Of a stretch of 64,000 bases of DNA, positions 1-12,232 are shown in pieces; the stretch's first letter is position 1; each line of letters begins with the position of its first letter. A program made the position numbers and the translations under genes. Source of the stretch: Rhynchopus sp. YZ270_cl-10 (taxonomy: Eukaryota); NCBI GenBank assembly GCA_964035575.1, contig OZ037837.1, forward strand, positions 1,054,001 through 1,118,000. The letters run 5' to 3'. A model generated the notes under the pieces. That model did no database searches, was not told where the DNA came from, and was given only the letters and a program-made list of their open reading frames with translations.

Positions 1-375
1 AATCAAAGGAATGTCAAAGTAGTGCCATGCCTGACCCACGGCTGCGCCTTCCACAGAAACGACCCATCAGGGTCTTCTGTAGTCACTTAAACCCAACCCC
101 CAACTGGGCAGTATTCCGCACAGGAAATACCCACAATGTGATCTCACACAACACTGTGCACCTCCTTCCACACCCAAGGGCAGCCGTACAAAGGTAATGG
201 CTTCTCCTTGAAGCCCTCAGAAACAAACGCTGTCACCCCTGCCTCCAGCACAGCATCACTCACAAGAGTTCCCTCCACACCCCAAGCACTCCCTGAGTCC
301 CCCCACCCACACCATGAAGAGACAATACGCCATCAGTGCATCAGAGCACACAACGGAAGCCACTCGCCTCCGTCA

Positions 376-762
376 TCACACCTCACACCTCTTCGTGCAA
401 GCTACCAAGAAGACAGTTGACCAGAGCGGCACAAACGCGACGTTGCTGCACACTCCAATGCTGCAAGAGGACCTCCGTGCAGTGTGGTCTGCGTGGACAC
501 ACTCACTCAGCAGGACCCCCGAAGCCCATCTGCGTTGTCTCGGCATACGGAAGAAGCAGTGCGAGGCATTCATCGTCGTTCCCTCTGCAACAGCATCGAA
601 GGCGACTATTTTGCTGGCGGTGTCTTGGCTGCGCTTCTCAAGCCCCGTCCGCACGGCAGCCGTGTCTCCGTTGCTTGCGGCCTCCACCAAGGCCTCGTCT
701 GAAAGCTTTCTTCTCTTTGGTGCGTTCTCGCCAGGTGTGCTGTCTGCAGGTCGCTTCGACAT
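376..762 (-). pseudogene. Ankyrin-repeat-like pseudogene with N-terminal bipartite NLS
   Basis: Starts MSKRPADSTPGENAPKRRKL and has the ankyrin-like segment ALVEAASNGDTAAVRTGL. Later ankyrin-like helices (DECLALLLPY; H..CTEVLLQH) appear only after frame changes, which implies several frameshifts. The 3' limit is uncertain. Confidence 0.6.
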
Positions 763-1010
763 GGTTTTCTAGTTCTCGTGTGTCTGGTGTATGGCGCCGT
801 GTTCCCTTCGTGTGAATGTACGTGTCAGTGTGAAAGACACGTCACCCACAACTGCAACCACAAGCCCAGCGACACCTCAGGTGCTGCGCCGTGTCTTACC
901 CACCCATGTGCACAGGGGTATAGTGTACAGACGGCACAACCGCTGCTGCGATCCCACCCCCACCCACTGCCTCTCCCCCTCCTCCCACACACCCCACTGC
1001 CCCTCTACCA

Positions 1011-1438
1011 CTCCCAGGGTAAGTGGGGAGATGTGCACAGCTGCCACCTGCCTGAGGGTCACAGACGGCACAGTGCCATGTCGCGAAAGTGAACCCACAC
1101 ACTGAATAAAAACACCACCCAAGATAGGCACCCCACACCAGCGCACCCCACCCCACCCACCCCAGCAAGAACGCCAAAGGTGCTCTCGTGCTGCAACCAC
1201 GGCAAGCCGAGGTGCCAGACAAATGCACGAAAGCACCCCATGGCTGGGCACGTCCCTGTTCCACCTCATATTCTTTGCTGATCTGTTGGTTCAGTGTAGC
1301 TACCATTCAGGCAGTCTTCACTATGCAGAAAACACCCTCAAGAAAGTCCTCTGATCTGGGGCCATTTGATGCGCTGCAACTACCAGGTTTTGGAAACCGT
1401 CACTCTGAAACAAATGTTAGACTTGGGTAGACCAACGT
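1011..1438. repeat. Dispersed ~200-430 bp non-coding block (copy 1 of 5)
   Basis: Near-identical core ccatgtcgcgaaagtgaacccacacactgaataaaaacacc...gggcacgtccct recurs at ~10011-10409, ~14636-15013, ~16778-16970 and ~17270-17460. Confidence 0.9.
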
Positions 1439-1825
1439 TTATTACATCAAACCTGGCCGTGAAGAGAGGTAAGGAGTGAGGGTATTCTGTTAAAAAGGGG
1501 CCGTTTTTTGTTTTGCTTTTTAGATGCTTCTTTGGCTTCGCTGTTCTTCACTGTACTTACCCAAACAACCCACCTCCCCTCCCCAAATAAAACCCTTCTT
1601 CAGGAAAAGAAATCGAAACAAAGAATGCGTGAATCCCCCAATGTCGTACCCACCCCGACCCTGTTCCCCTATTACCCCTTCTCGTGGCAAGACCGACAAA
1701 CGAGAGCAAAAACGTAACAACAGTTCACAGAAGCTTCGGACCATGGTACTGCGGGTTGCCTCTGACGCATCGATGCAGATGCGGCTGACTGTGCTCTTGC
1801 CGGTTGCAAACGCACCGGCCTTCTA

Positions 1826-2929
1826 TCATTCTGAGCCTCTCCGTCGCTTGCGGCACTGCTCGGGAGATTCGTCTCTGCTACGTTTCGGACGTGCATCAAC
1901 AAGCTCCTTCAGGTTGCTTTCCTGTACTCGACTCGACACAGCGCTGCTGCAGCCGGAGAGGTGGATGCTCTTCAACGAAGTGTACTCGTCAGCACGTAGC
2001 ACACCCATGTGCATGACTGTGCCGAGTGGGGACAAGTCAAGCACTGTGAGGCTGGTGCAGTTGGCGAGAAAGCTTTTGCCTATTTGTGTAACATTGCTGA
2101 GTGGTGCTAAGTCTAGTTCTGTGAGGCCGCTGCAGCCGGTAAGAAAGCAACTAGCTATGTGTGTAACGTTGCTGAGTGGTGATAAGTCTAGCTTTGTGAG
2201 GCTCCTGCAGCCGGTAAGAAAGTAACCAACTTCCGTAACATGTCTAAGTGGTGATAAGTCTAGTTCTGTGAGGCTCTCGCAGTCGGAAAGAAAGTCTTCG
2301 TCTATGTGTGTAACATTGCTGAGTGGTGTCAAGTCTAACGCTGTGAGTCTGGCGCAGCTGACCAGAAATCTTTCGCCTATTCGCGTAATCCTGCTGAGTG
2401 GCGACAAGTCCAGCACTGTGAGGCCTGTGCCGGAAAGAAACTCTTCACCAATCCGCGTCACATTGCACAACCCAGAGAGGTTGACACTTGTCAACGTTGA
2501 ACACCCAGCAAGGAAATAGTCACCTATTTCCGTCACACACGAAACAGCACTGAGATCAAGTGTTGTTAACGATGTGTCTTCCAAGAACTGATTCGGAATG
2601 ACCGTCGCAACCTCCGCCTGCAGAAGCAAACACGCCACCACAGGATCCCTCACACGTTTCAACTTGTGGGCTGTGATATCGGTCTCACCCAACGCATGAA
2701 GCTCTGCAAGGGCTTCGTACTTCTTCGTCTTCGTCAGCACGACTGTGTCTCCAGCACTCAGCTGCGTGATGTCCTCTCCTTCCTGCTTCCCTCCGAAGCC
2801 CATGTGGAAGCTGTCCTCAGCCAACCCTGCTGCAGTCGCCACCTTCTGCCGCATCGTCTCCGTTGTGTCATCCACACCCACCTCGATCACGTACAAGTTG
2901 TCTGCACAGTCCTTGATGGTCAGTTCCAT
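1826..2929 (-). CDS. Ubiquitin-like domain + BspA-type LRR protein, copy 1 (367 aa, 9 LRRs)
   Basis: ATG (MELTIKD) is conserved in all intact copies, downstream of a CA-rich tract and AG. UBL-like N-terminus, 25-aa repeats VTxIxxxFLxxCxxLTxLDLxPLSN, and a basic C-terminal tail. Confidence 0.85.
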   Translation of the reverse strand: MELTIKDCADNLYVIEVGVDDTTETMRQKVATAAGLAEDSFHMGFGGKQEGEDITQLSAGDTVVLTKTKKYEALAELHALGETDITAHKLKRVRDPVVACLLLQAEVATVIPNQFLEDTSLTTLDLSAVSCVTEIGDYFLAGCSTLTSVNLSGLCNVTRIGEEFLSGTGLTVLDLSPLSRITRIGERFLVSCARLTALDLTPLSNVTHIDEDFLSDCESLTELDLSPLRHVTEVGYFLTGCRSLTKLDLSPLSNVTHIASCFLTGCSGLTELDLAPLSNVTQIGKSFLANCTSLTVLDLSPLGTVMHMGVLRADEYTSLKSIHLSGCSSAVSSRVQESNLKELVDARPKRSRDESPEQCRKRRRGSE

Positions 2930-3200
2930 TTGTCTTCTTTTGTGTTGCTCTGTTGTGTGGTGGGGTTGTGGGGTTGGGGCAACGACGTAGAAAACCATGA
3001 AATAAAACACCTCCCTTCTTCATTTATTCGTTTTTTGTTGATTGCATCCATCCTCGTTGTGTGCATACGTCTGAAATAAACATAAGTTAGGAAGATGACG
3101 CAAGCCTCGTGTACTTAGTCATCTTGTGAAAAGGAAAAGTTGAAATGTGAACGCGGCACTCGTGAATGACGCATCTAAGAACAGAAGAAAATCAATTGAA

Positions 3201-3477
3201 TAGGCTAGTTGACGTCACGGACATTCGGGTTTGGGAGGGTATGGGAGGATTTGGGAGGGTATGGGACAGTATGGGACGGTATGGGACGGTATGGGACGGT
3301 ATGGGACGGTATGGGACAGTGTGGGAGGGTATGGGAGTGGTATGGGAGGTACGGGAGGGTATGGGAGCGTATGGGACGGTATGGGGGGATTTGGGAGCGT
3401 TCGAGGGCGGTACGGGATGGTACGGAACAGGATTTCCCAGAAAATTCCTAAACCGACCCGTGGCGTCAACTAGCCTA
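3201..3477. mobile_element. MITE with TAGGCTAGTTGACG TIRs, 5-bp TSD and a 10-bp minisatellite core
   Basis: TIR TAGGCTAGTTGACG(T/C)CACGG at both ends, TTGAA duplicated on each side, internal (GGTATGGGAC)n. Confidence 0.85.
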
Positions 3478-3540
3478 TTGAAACCGCACTCCTACTTTTC
3501 CTTTTTGTTGTTTCCCCACCCCCGCAAACAATAAAGACAA

Positions 3541-3687
3541 TAAAGACAAAAGGGAGAGGTTGTGAAACGCACACACCTCGACCTGTCGGTGAAGTGTGGC
3601 TCTACTCCAACCCGCCCCACAATAGGAAAAAAGGAAGGGAGTTGGGGTACGGTGTGCAATTTCCTTTTCGCATTGCCTCGTAATCAG
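3541..3687. repeat. ~145-bp dispersed repeat, second copy at ~43964-44108
   Basis: aaagggagaggttgtgaaacgcacacacctcgacctgtcggtgaa...cttttcgcattgc is shared by both sites. Confidence 0.85.
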
Positions 3688-4007
3688 ATAGAAAAGTTTA
3701 GAAGATGACCGTCAGCCTCTCGTGCTTAGTCAGCTTTAACAAAATGTATAAAATAGCAAAGACTTGAAAATTCATGTAAAAAATAAAAAATACAGAAACT
3801 GACTTCGGTACATGATGAAATGAAAAGGAGGACAGAGAAGTTCAAAATGCAAACGCCTCACAGACACCGGCTGACGCAGGCACCAAGAGAAGGCAAAGTG
3901 TACAGGCTGTCCTACTGGTAGTGAGCAGAACGACCCTTTGCTTTGTCATAGAAAGTTAGAAATATCAAAAGCTTTTTTATTTGTCAAGATGATGTGCCAT
4001 CGAGGTT

Positions 4008-5258
4008 CTATCTTTTCGCTCGCTTGGCGAGAAGACACAGTGCGAACAGAGCTGCAGCTGCTGTGCAGAGGAGTGTGGTGGGGTGGAGCTCTGTCTGCAC
4101 AAAGACACGCCTCTGCTTTGTGAGGCTGTGTGTTGGCTGGCCAAGGGGAACATCTCGGGAGAGGACTGTTGTGCCTGCACCGGGTCCATCCCCGCGGATG
4201 GCGAAGTGAAGCATGCCTGCATCCCAATCGATGTCGAGCGCGAGATAGTTCATCCCTGTGTACAGTGCGTCCTGCTCCCGATGTGAGGAGAAGAAGGCTA
4301 GCAGCGCAGCACCAAGCCAGCGCACCCCACGTCGCATCGTTGCGAAGGAATGTGTCATCCCCGAGGTCGTGATCTCATGCATGGTCCCCAGCTCTGCATG
4401 GTGCACATCCCCCGACACAAACACAACGCTGTTGCGCCCTTCGAAGCGTTGCATCAGACGTTGTCGTGCGACGGGGAAGTGCCCCCACGACTCCACAACA
4501 GGATTCGCTGTGCTCACCTGAACAGAAGACACAACAATGTGTGCATCAAGGTCGCTCCCGGCAAGCACACCGTCCAGCCACTCCCACTGCCCCTCCCCCA
4601 ACACATCCCCGTCGCTGTACAGTCCAAGCACCCCAGACATCAGACGCGACACCGCACCGCTCCACGACAGCACAGCACGCGGCAGGGAATGCCACGGTCT
4701 GAAATAGTAGGGGTCCCGGTGCGACCGTGTGTCGAGAAGGAACACACCAACTTTGCGGACACCAGAGGTCAGGAGGTGTGCCGAGTAGACGCCCTGCCGT
4801 TGTGGGTAGGCGCGGGCCGGTGTGTTATTTGCGGTGAAGTTGAGGAAGAGTGTCTGGCGTGTTGCCTTGTCGTGCATCTCCTTCCCCGAATCGTTCACGC
4901 CATAGTCATGGTCGTCCCAGGTGCCGTCGATGTTCGCTGCCCCCGTCTGTGCAACAAACGCAGCGTAGTCCGGGAAGGCTGTCATGTTGCGGTACGCCTC
5001 TGCAAGCGTTGCGGTGTCCGTTCTCTGGACGTACACTGCGTCGCCAAGCCAGAAGAACGCTTCGGGGTCGTACGCCTTCAGCCACGCAAAGGCACCTCCC
5101 GTCTCTGCGTACGTCAGTGAGTGGCAGCTTGCGAAGGCAGCGCGTCTCAGGGTACGTACCGAGTCCCACGTGGAGGAGGGGGGGGAGGAGCTGGCAGAGG
5201 AGTCATCCGCAGCCACCAACGTAACACACAACATCCATATCGGGGTTCGGGTGTGCAT
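4008..5258 (-). CDS. phoD: Alkaline phosphatase D (PhoD) family metallophosphatase with signal peptide and C-terminal membrane anchor
   Basis: Motifs FASC, WLGDAVY, WDDHDYGVND, LLDTRSHRD, LGEGQWEWL, ESW, SGDVHHAE, EITTSG; hydrophobic N- and C-termini. Confidence 0.9.
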   Translation of the reverse strand: MHTRTPIWMLCVTLVAADDSSASSSPPSSTWDSVRTLRRAAFASCHSLTYAETGGAFAWLKAYDPEAFFWLGDAVYVQRTDTATLAEAYRNMTAFPDYAAFVAQTGAANIDGTWDDHDYGVNDSGKEMHDKATRQTLFLNFTANNTPARAYPQRQGVYSAHLLTSGVRKVGVFLLDTRSHRDPYYFRPWHSLPRAVLSWSGAVSRLMSGVLGLYSDGDVLGEGQWEWLDGVLAGSDLDAHIVVSSVQVSTANPVVESWGHFPVARQRLMQRFEGRNSVVFVSGDVHHAELGTMHEITTSGMTHSFATMRRGVRWLGAALLAFFSSHREQDALYTGMNYLALDIDWDAGMLHFAIRGDGPGAGTTVLSRDVPLGQPTHSLTKQRRVFVQTELHPTTLLCTAAAALFALCLLAKRAKR

Positions 5259-6157
5259 GTGTGTTGTGTTCTGAAGGGTCGTGGAGGGGGAGAGAGAGGA
5301 GAGGGAAAGGGTTCTCGCATAATGAAAGAGCAGTTGATGCGAAAACGCATCTCAGACATGAAATGCCGCTTTATTGCAAAATGCGAAGAAGAATGCGAAG
5401 AATTTTTGGGCTTTTTACAAATGCCAAGAATACAAAGAACCTCTTCGCATCACATGGCCTAGACACACCCAGAAGGTGAATACGTATTCGCCATAATCAG
5501 GCCATATCCTAAATCGGGATTTTTTTGGAAAATTTTCAAAAACTGGATCCAGAATTTTTCTCCGGGAAAAAAATTTTTTTCCAGAAAAAAAACCCATTCC
5601 GAGCTTTCTCCCCCGCGTTGGCGGGGCATCTCCCCTCCGTTGGCGGGGCATGCTCTCCTCATATATTGCAAACAAGACACAATAAAGAGTACTTGAAACG
5701 TGGTGAAACGCAGCTTCAATAAATCATTAGGATAAATCCCACCCTTCTTTTTTTTCCAGTGTTTCCCAGCTTCTCACCTAACTCTGAAAATAGGTGAGAT
5801 TTTGCGGTTTTGCGGGTTTTGGTAGAGGTGTGGCGAGCCCACCTTATCTCAAGTTGGGGGCCTCCGGCGGAATGTGAGAATTTCTCGGAGTTCGGCACTT
5901 CATTGATATTTGCACCAGGCACGCGTGGTACACGAATTATCAGTAACCTCAGTACATTTACAAAATAAACGGCAGTCATGGCAGGCATGGCACCCAAGCG
6001 AAGCCACGGTACGCAACATTTCTAAAAATTGTTGACATAAATGTCACTGTCGTTGGAAGATTGGGGGGTCAGCTTGTTTTTGTGCCAAAATTTTTTCAGC
6101 ACTGCTGACCAGGGACATTGGGAACATAGGGATTTTTGCGGTGCAAAAAAAAAAAAA

Positions 6158-7402
6158 GGGTAAATTGCGATAACACGTATACTTTTTTTTTCGATTTGCG
6201 ATAACACGTACACAAAAAGTATACGTGTTATCGCGAAAAAGTGTACGTGTTTTCGTGAACAAAAACGTACGTGTTTTCCCAGGTACCCAGGTACCCAGGT
6301 ACCCAGGTACCCAGGTACCCAGGTACCCAGGTACCCAGGTACCCAGGTACCCAGGTACCCAGGTACCCAGGTACCCAGGTACCCAGGTACCCAGGTACCT
6401 GGTTTGTCAAGGAAACCAAACTTTTTGTCACGGAAAAAGTCGTGACAGGGCACTGGGTACTGGGTACACTGTGTACAAGGATAAAAGTCGTGAAAGAGCA
6501 ACCACAGCTCCACATGACAAACACAAAAGTGTCCAGTCACGTGGGGCATTCATGCACTGAGGAGATAATGATCCAACAATTTACAAGAAAGATTACTTAA
6601 CCTACTGCTGGAAGTTGCCAGGTCGTAGTAACACACAAAGTGTGCCTCCGTTCGGGAATACCGGATATTCTAGAGACCAAAAAGGCCTCTTCCGCTAGTC
6701 AAGGTATAACCGAATGAACGGCCCAAGACCCCCGTGGAGAAGTTAAATGTTGTAATGCTATCAGGTACAAACTGCGACCACTGTCTTACCCTCCTCAATG
6801 CATGGTGGAAGATGTCTTTGACAACAAACATCCTGTACCCAGGTACCCATATTCCCAGACCCACGCAGTACCACGTCGCAGTACTACGCAAAATTTACCA
6901 CCAGACCCTGTGTTCGTGCACCTTAAGTACGTAAGTCTGGTTCCCAGACCCACGCAGTGGCACATGACCGCAAGTGTGAGTGACCCACACAGAGGGATAC
7001 GCAAAATTTACCACCAGACCCTGTCTTCTGAATGTCACACGTACATTTTTTTGAACACTTTTCGCGATAACACGTACATATTTCGCTAAAAAACGGGGTG
7101 CTCGCAACCGCGTTCTAGACCCCCACAGATGCTCAAAAGTGCCAAATTTTGCTTTGAATGGCCTCAAATCGTCGAAATTAGCCATTTTTGGGGCCCAAAA
7201 AAAAAAAATTCGAGGGTCTAGGTATGGAGAGCGAGCACCTTAGAAGAAGGAAACACGTACATTTTTGTTCGCGATAACACGTATACTTTTTTGACCACTT
7301 TTCGCGATAACACGTACACTTTTTCGCGATAACACGTATACTTTTTGTGTACGTGTTATCGCAAATGGAAACAAAAAGTATACGTGTTATCGCAATTTGC
7401 CC
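6158..7402. mobile_element. MULE-like non-autonomous element with long repetitive TIRs, nested in 5458-7830
   Basis: ~100-bp TIRs starting GGG(T/C)AAATTGCGATAACACGTATAC and built of GCGATAACACGTA units. Internal segment shared with 58515-58970. TSD not visible. Confidence 0.7.
6278..6399. repeat. 8-bp tandem repeat (CCCAGGTA) x ~15
   Basis: Perfect array read directly. Confidence 0.97.
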
Positions 7403-8213
7403 ATCTATCTTTTTACACCACATAGTCACACACCGAACCCTTTTTTACGGAGCAAAAAAGGGAAAATGGCGCCGCAGGCAAAAAAAAATTGATGTACAGC
7501 CTGGATGGTGCGGTCAGCAACCCATTTTCATGGTACTCCCGTGGTTCAACCATGATTTTTTCCCCCCGGGCCCCCCCGCCACACTGGGCCACGGGAAAAA
7601 TTTTTTTCCCGAAAGCGAATACGAAATTTTTTCAAAACTCGGATCCAGAAATCAGGGAAAAAAAAAAACGGGAAAAAATGAAAAACCCCGGAAAAAAGTG
7701 GGATCCAGAATCCAGATTAGGAAATAGCCTGCGCCATATATTCGCATCAAAAAATTCTTGGACCCTATTCGCCCGATATTCGGATCCGAATATATGGCGA
7801 ATACGAATTTGCTTTCGGGGTATGTCAAGGGGGCTCGATAGTGCCCTCATCCGACACCACGGCAGAGTAGTCTAAAAGGGGCTGTTTTCTGTATATTTTA
7901 GATGATAATCTGGCTTCGCTGTTCTTCACACATTACTTACCCAAACAACCCACCTCCCCTCCCCAAATAAAACCCTTCTTCAGGAAAAGAAATCGAAACA
8001 AAGAATGCGTGAATCCCCCAATGTCGTACCCACCCCGACCCTATTCCCCTATGCCCCTATTACCCCTTCTCGTGGCAAGACCGACAAACGAGAGCAAAAA
8101 CGTAACAACAGTTCACAGAAGCTTCGGACCATGGTACTGCGGGTTGCCTCTGACGCATCGATGCAGATGCGGCTGACTGTGCTCTTGCCGGTTGCAAACG
8201 CACCGGCCTTCTA

Positions 8214-9620
8214 TCATTCTGAGCCTCTCCGTCGCTTGCGGCACTGCTCGGGAGATTCGTCTCTGCTACGTTTCGGACGTGCATCAACAAGCTCCTTCAG
8301 GTTGCTTTCCTGTACTCGACTCGACACAGCGCTGCTGCAGCCGGAGAGGTGGATGCTCTTCAACGAAGTGTACCGGACAGCAGGTAGCACACCCATGTGC
8401 ATGACTGTGCTGAGTGGCGACAAGTCAAGCACTGTGAGGCTGCTGCAGTTGGCGAGAAAGTCTTCGTCTATGTCTGTAACCTTGCTGAGTGGCGACAAGT
8501 CAAGCACTGTGAGGCTGGTGCAGTTGGCAAGAAAGCTTTTGCCTATTTGTGCAACATTGCTGAGTGGTGCCAAGTCTAGTTCTGTGAGGCTGCTGCAGTC
8601 CTCGAGAAACCAATCAGCAACTGTCGTAACATTGCGAAGTGGTGACATGTTTAGTGCTGTGAGGCTCCTGCAGTTGGAAAGAAAGCATCGGCGTATGTCC
8701 TTAACATTGCTGAGTGGTGTCAAGTCTAGTTCTGTGAGGCTCCTGCAGTTGGCAAGAAAGTATTCGTCTATGTCTGTAACATTGCTAAATGGCGACAAGT
8801 CTAGTTCTGTGAGGCTCTCGCAGTTGGCAAGAAAGCCTTCGTCCATGTGTGTAATATTGCTGAGTGGCGACAAGTCTAGTTCTGTGAGGCTGCTGCAGCC
8901 GTTAAGAAAGCTTTCGCCTATTTGTGTAACATTGCTGAGTGGTGTCAAGTCTAGTTCTGTGATGCTGCTGCACTCCTCAAGAAACCTTTCGCCGAGTTGC
9001 GTAATCCTGCTGAGTGGCGACAAGTCTAATCCTGTGAGGCTGCTGCAGTTGCGAAGAAAGCAACCATCTATGTGTGCAATCCTGCTGAGTGGCGACAAGT
9101 CTAGTTCTGTGAGGCCTGTACCGGAAAGAAACTCTTCACCGATCCGCGTCACATTGCACAACCCAGAGAGGTTGATACTTGTCAACGTTGCGCACCCGCC
9201 AAGAAAATAGTCACCTATTTCCGTCACACACGAAACAGCACTGAGATCAAGTGTTGTTAACGATGCGTCTAGCAAGAAGTTATGCGGAATGACAGTCGCA
9301 ACCTCCGCCTGCAGAAGCAAACACGCCACCACAGGATCCCTCACACGCTTCAACTTCTGGGCTGTGATATCGGTCTCACCCAACGCATGAAGCTCTGCAA
9401 GGGCTTCATACTTCTTCGTCTTCGTCAGCATTACTGTGTCTCCAGCACTCAGCTGCGTGATGTCCTCTCCTTCCTGCTTCCCTCCGAAGCCCATGTGGAA
9501 GCTGCCCTCAGCCAACCCTGCTGCAGTCGCCACCTTCTGCCGCATCTTCTCCATTGTGTCATCCACACCCACCTCGATCACGTACAAGTTGTTGGAGCAG
9601 TCCTTGATGGTCAGTTCCAT
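8214..9620 (-). CDS. Ubiquitin-like domain + BspA-type LRR protein, copy 2 (468 aa, 13 LRRs)
   Basis: Same N- and C-terminal constant regions as copy 1 with four extra 25-aa units; frame is open. Confidence 0.85.
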   Translation of the reverse strand: MELTIKDCSNNLYVIEVGVDDTMEKMRQKVATAAGLAEGSFHMGFGGKQEGEDITQLSAGDTVMLTKTKKYEALAELHALGETDITAQKLKRVRDPVVACLLLQAEVATVIPHNFLLDASLTTLDLSAVSCVTEIGDYFLGGCATLTSINLSGLCNVTRIGEEFLSGTGLTELDLSPLSRIAHIDGCFLRNCSSLTGLDLSPLSRITQLGERFLEECSSITELDLTPLSNVTQIGESFLNGCSSLTELDLSPLSNITHMDEGFLANCESLTELDLSPFSNVTDIDEYFLANCRSLTELDLTPLSNVKDIRRCFLSNCRSLTALNMSPLRNVTTVADWFLEDCSSLTELDLAPLSNVAQIGKSFLANCTSLTVLDLSPLSKVTDIDEDFLANCSSLTVLDLSPLSTVMHMGVLPAVRYTSLKSIHLSGCSSAVSSRVQESNLKELVDARPKRSRDESPEQCRKRRRGSE

Positions 9621-11143
9621 TTGTCTTCTTTTGTGTTGCTCTGTTGTGAGGTGGGGTTGTGGTGTTGGGGCAACGACGTAGAAACCCCTTGGCAGGCAGA
9701 GCCGTGCAACGACACCGCACGAAGCCGTCTCAGCCAATGTTTAGCGTACACATACATGCCGCATACGTCACGAAGTATGGCAGACAGACACACAAGCAAG
9801 CAGAGCGCTCCCACCGTCACCACTCACAGCACGCGAGTGTCCCCATCCCCACCAGAAGCAAGAGTGTCCCCAACCAGCCCTGAGCACGACGTCCTCTCCC
9901 GACCACACACATGCTTTGGCCCACCCACAAAGCTGCTCATCGTTGCACGCATCACGCAGACGCACGATGGTAGGTGACTGCTTAGACGACCTGGGAGAAG
10001 AACACCCACCAGCTGCCACCTGCCTGAGGGCACAGACGGCACAGTGCCATGTCGCGAAAGTGAACCCACACACTGAATAAAAACACCACCCAAGATAGGC
10101 ACCCCACACCAGCGCACCCCACCCCACCCACCCCAGCAAGAACGCCAAAGGTGCTCTCGTGCTGCAACCACGGCAAGCCGAGGTGCCAGACAAATGCACG
10201 AAAGCACCCCATGGCTGGGCACGTCCCTGTTCCACCTCATATTCTTTGCTGATCTGTTGGTTCAGTGTAGCTACCATTCAGGCAGTCTTCACTATGCAGA
10301 AAACACTCTCAAGAAAGGCCTCTGATCTGGGGCCATTTGATGCGCTGCAACTACCAGGTTTTGGAGACCGTCACTCTGAAACAAATGTTAGACTTGGGTA
10401 GACCAACGTCTCTGGCGTAGCGCACTCTTGAAATCATAAAAGTGGCTGTGGGGTTGGGACAACGACGTAGAAAACCATGAAAGAAAACACCTCCCTTCTT
10501 CATTTATTCGTTGTTTGTTGATCGCATCCATCCTCGTTGTGCGCATGCGTCTGAAATAAACATAAGTTAGGAAGATGGCGCAAGCCCCGTGTACTTGGTC
10601 ATCTTATGAAAAGGAAACACTGACCACCCAATACGCAGCAAAGCTGCTCAAACAAGTTTGATAAGTAGTTCACTCTTTGAATCATAAAAAATAGACAAAA
10701 TCTCAAGATGCTGTGTTACATAACGGCCCCTTTTTAACAGAACACCCCCACTCCCTACCTCTCTTCCACACGATACACTTGTATGTCTCCCTCACAGTTT
10801 TGCTTTTAGATGTGAACACAAGACGTACACTCATCTTACAAGAATGTTTGGCTTCGCTGTTCTTCACACTGTACTTACCCAAACACCCCACCTCCCCTCC
10901 CCAAATAGAACCCTTCTTCAGGAAAAGAAATCGAAACAAAGAATGCGTGAATCCCCCAATGTCGTACCCACCCCGACCCTATTCCCCTATTCCCCCTTCT
11001 CGTGGCAAGACCGACAAACGAGAGCAAAAACGTAACAACAGTTCACAGAAGCTTCGGACCATGGTACTGCGGGTTGCCTCTGACGCATCGATGCAGATGC
11101 GGCTGACTGTGCTCTTGCCGGTTGCAAACGCACCGGCCTTCTA

Positions 11144-12232
11144 TCATTCTGAGCCTCTCCGTCGCTTGCGGCACTGCTCGGGAGATTCGTCTCTGCTACG
11201 TTTCGGACGTGCATCAACAAGCTCCTTCAGGTTGCTTTCCTGTACTCGACTCGACACAGCGCTGCTGCAGCCGGAGAGGTGGATGCTCTTCAACGAAGTG
11301 TACTCGTCAGCAGGTAGCTCACCCATGTGCATGACTATGCCGAGTGGGGACAAGTCAAGCACTGTGAGGCTGGTGCAGTAGGCAAGAAAGCCATCACCGA
11401 TTTTATAAACCATGGACAGCGGCGTCAAGTCTAGTTCTGTGAGGCCGCTGCAGTTGTTGAGAAAGCACTCTCCTATTTGCGCAACATGTTGGAGTGGTGA
11501 TAAGTCTAGTTCTGTGAGGCCGTGCAGTTGGCAAGAAAGCGGTGGCCTATGTCTGTAACATTGCTGAGGGGTGTCAAGTCTAGCGTTGTGAGGCTGCTGC
11601 AGTCCTCAAGAAACCAACGATCGATGTATGTAACATTGCTGAGTGACGGCAAGTTTAGTTCTCTGAGGTCCCAGCAGTTGGCAAGAAAGGTTTCGCCTAT
11701 TTGTCTAAGATTGCTGAGTGGCGACAAGTCTAATACCGTGAGGATCTTGCAGCCTTGAAGAAAATATTCACCAAGTTGTGTAATCCTGGTGAGTGGCGAC
11801 AAATCTAATGCTGTGAGGCCTGTGCAGGTGGCAAGAAAGTATTCACGTAGTTGTGTAAGATTGGCGAGCGATGTCAAGTCTAGTTCTGTGAGGCCGCTGC
11901 AGCCGTAGAGAAAGAAACTACCAACTATCGTAACCTTGCTGAGTGGTGCCAAGTTCAGCACTGTGAGGCTCTTGCAGCCGTCAAGAAAGCAATCGCCTAT
12001 GTCTGTAACATTGCTGAGAGGTGTCAAGTCTAGTTCTGTGAGGCTCCTGCACTCCTCAAGAAACCTTTCGCCTGTTTGCGTAACCCTGCTGAGTGGTGTC
12101 AAGTTTAATTTTGTGAGGCTCCTGCAGCCGAGAAGAAAGCAACCATCTATGTGTGCAATACTGCGGAGCGGCGACAAGTCTAATACTGTGAGGCCTGTGC
12201 TGGAAAGAAATTGTTCACCAATCCGTGTCTCT
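11144..12232 (-). pseudogene. UBL-LRR copy 3: 5'-truncated and frameshifted, 13 LRR units remain
   Basis: Homology stops at ~12232, so the UBL and first two LRRs are missing. A 1-nt deletion at ~11521 (gaggccgtgcag versus gaggccgctgcag) splits the ORF; an assembly error cannot be excluded for this indel. Confidence 0.8.

Larger units (their letters stand above)
5458..7830. mobile_element. Old composite element bounded by imperfect ~38-bp inverted repeats
   Basis: Left end cctagacacacccagaaggtgaatacgtattcgccata versus reverse complement of right end ccttgacataccccgaaagcaaattcgtattcgccata. GGATCCAGA subterminal motifs at both ends. No TSD found. Confidence 0.55.

Noticed and set aside
6022..6600. 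GTWVPGYL / YPGTQVPR repeat ORFs (similarly 3166-3534 and 58853-59260)
   Set aside because: Minisatellite translation artefacts.
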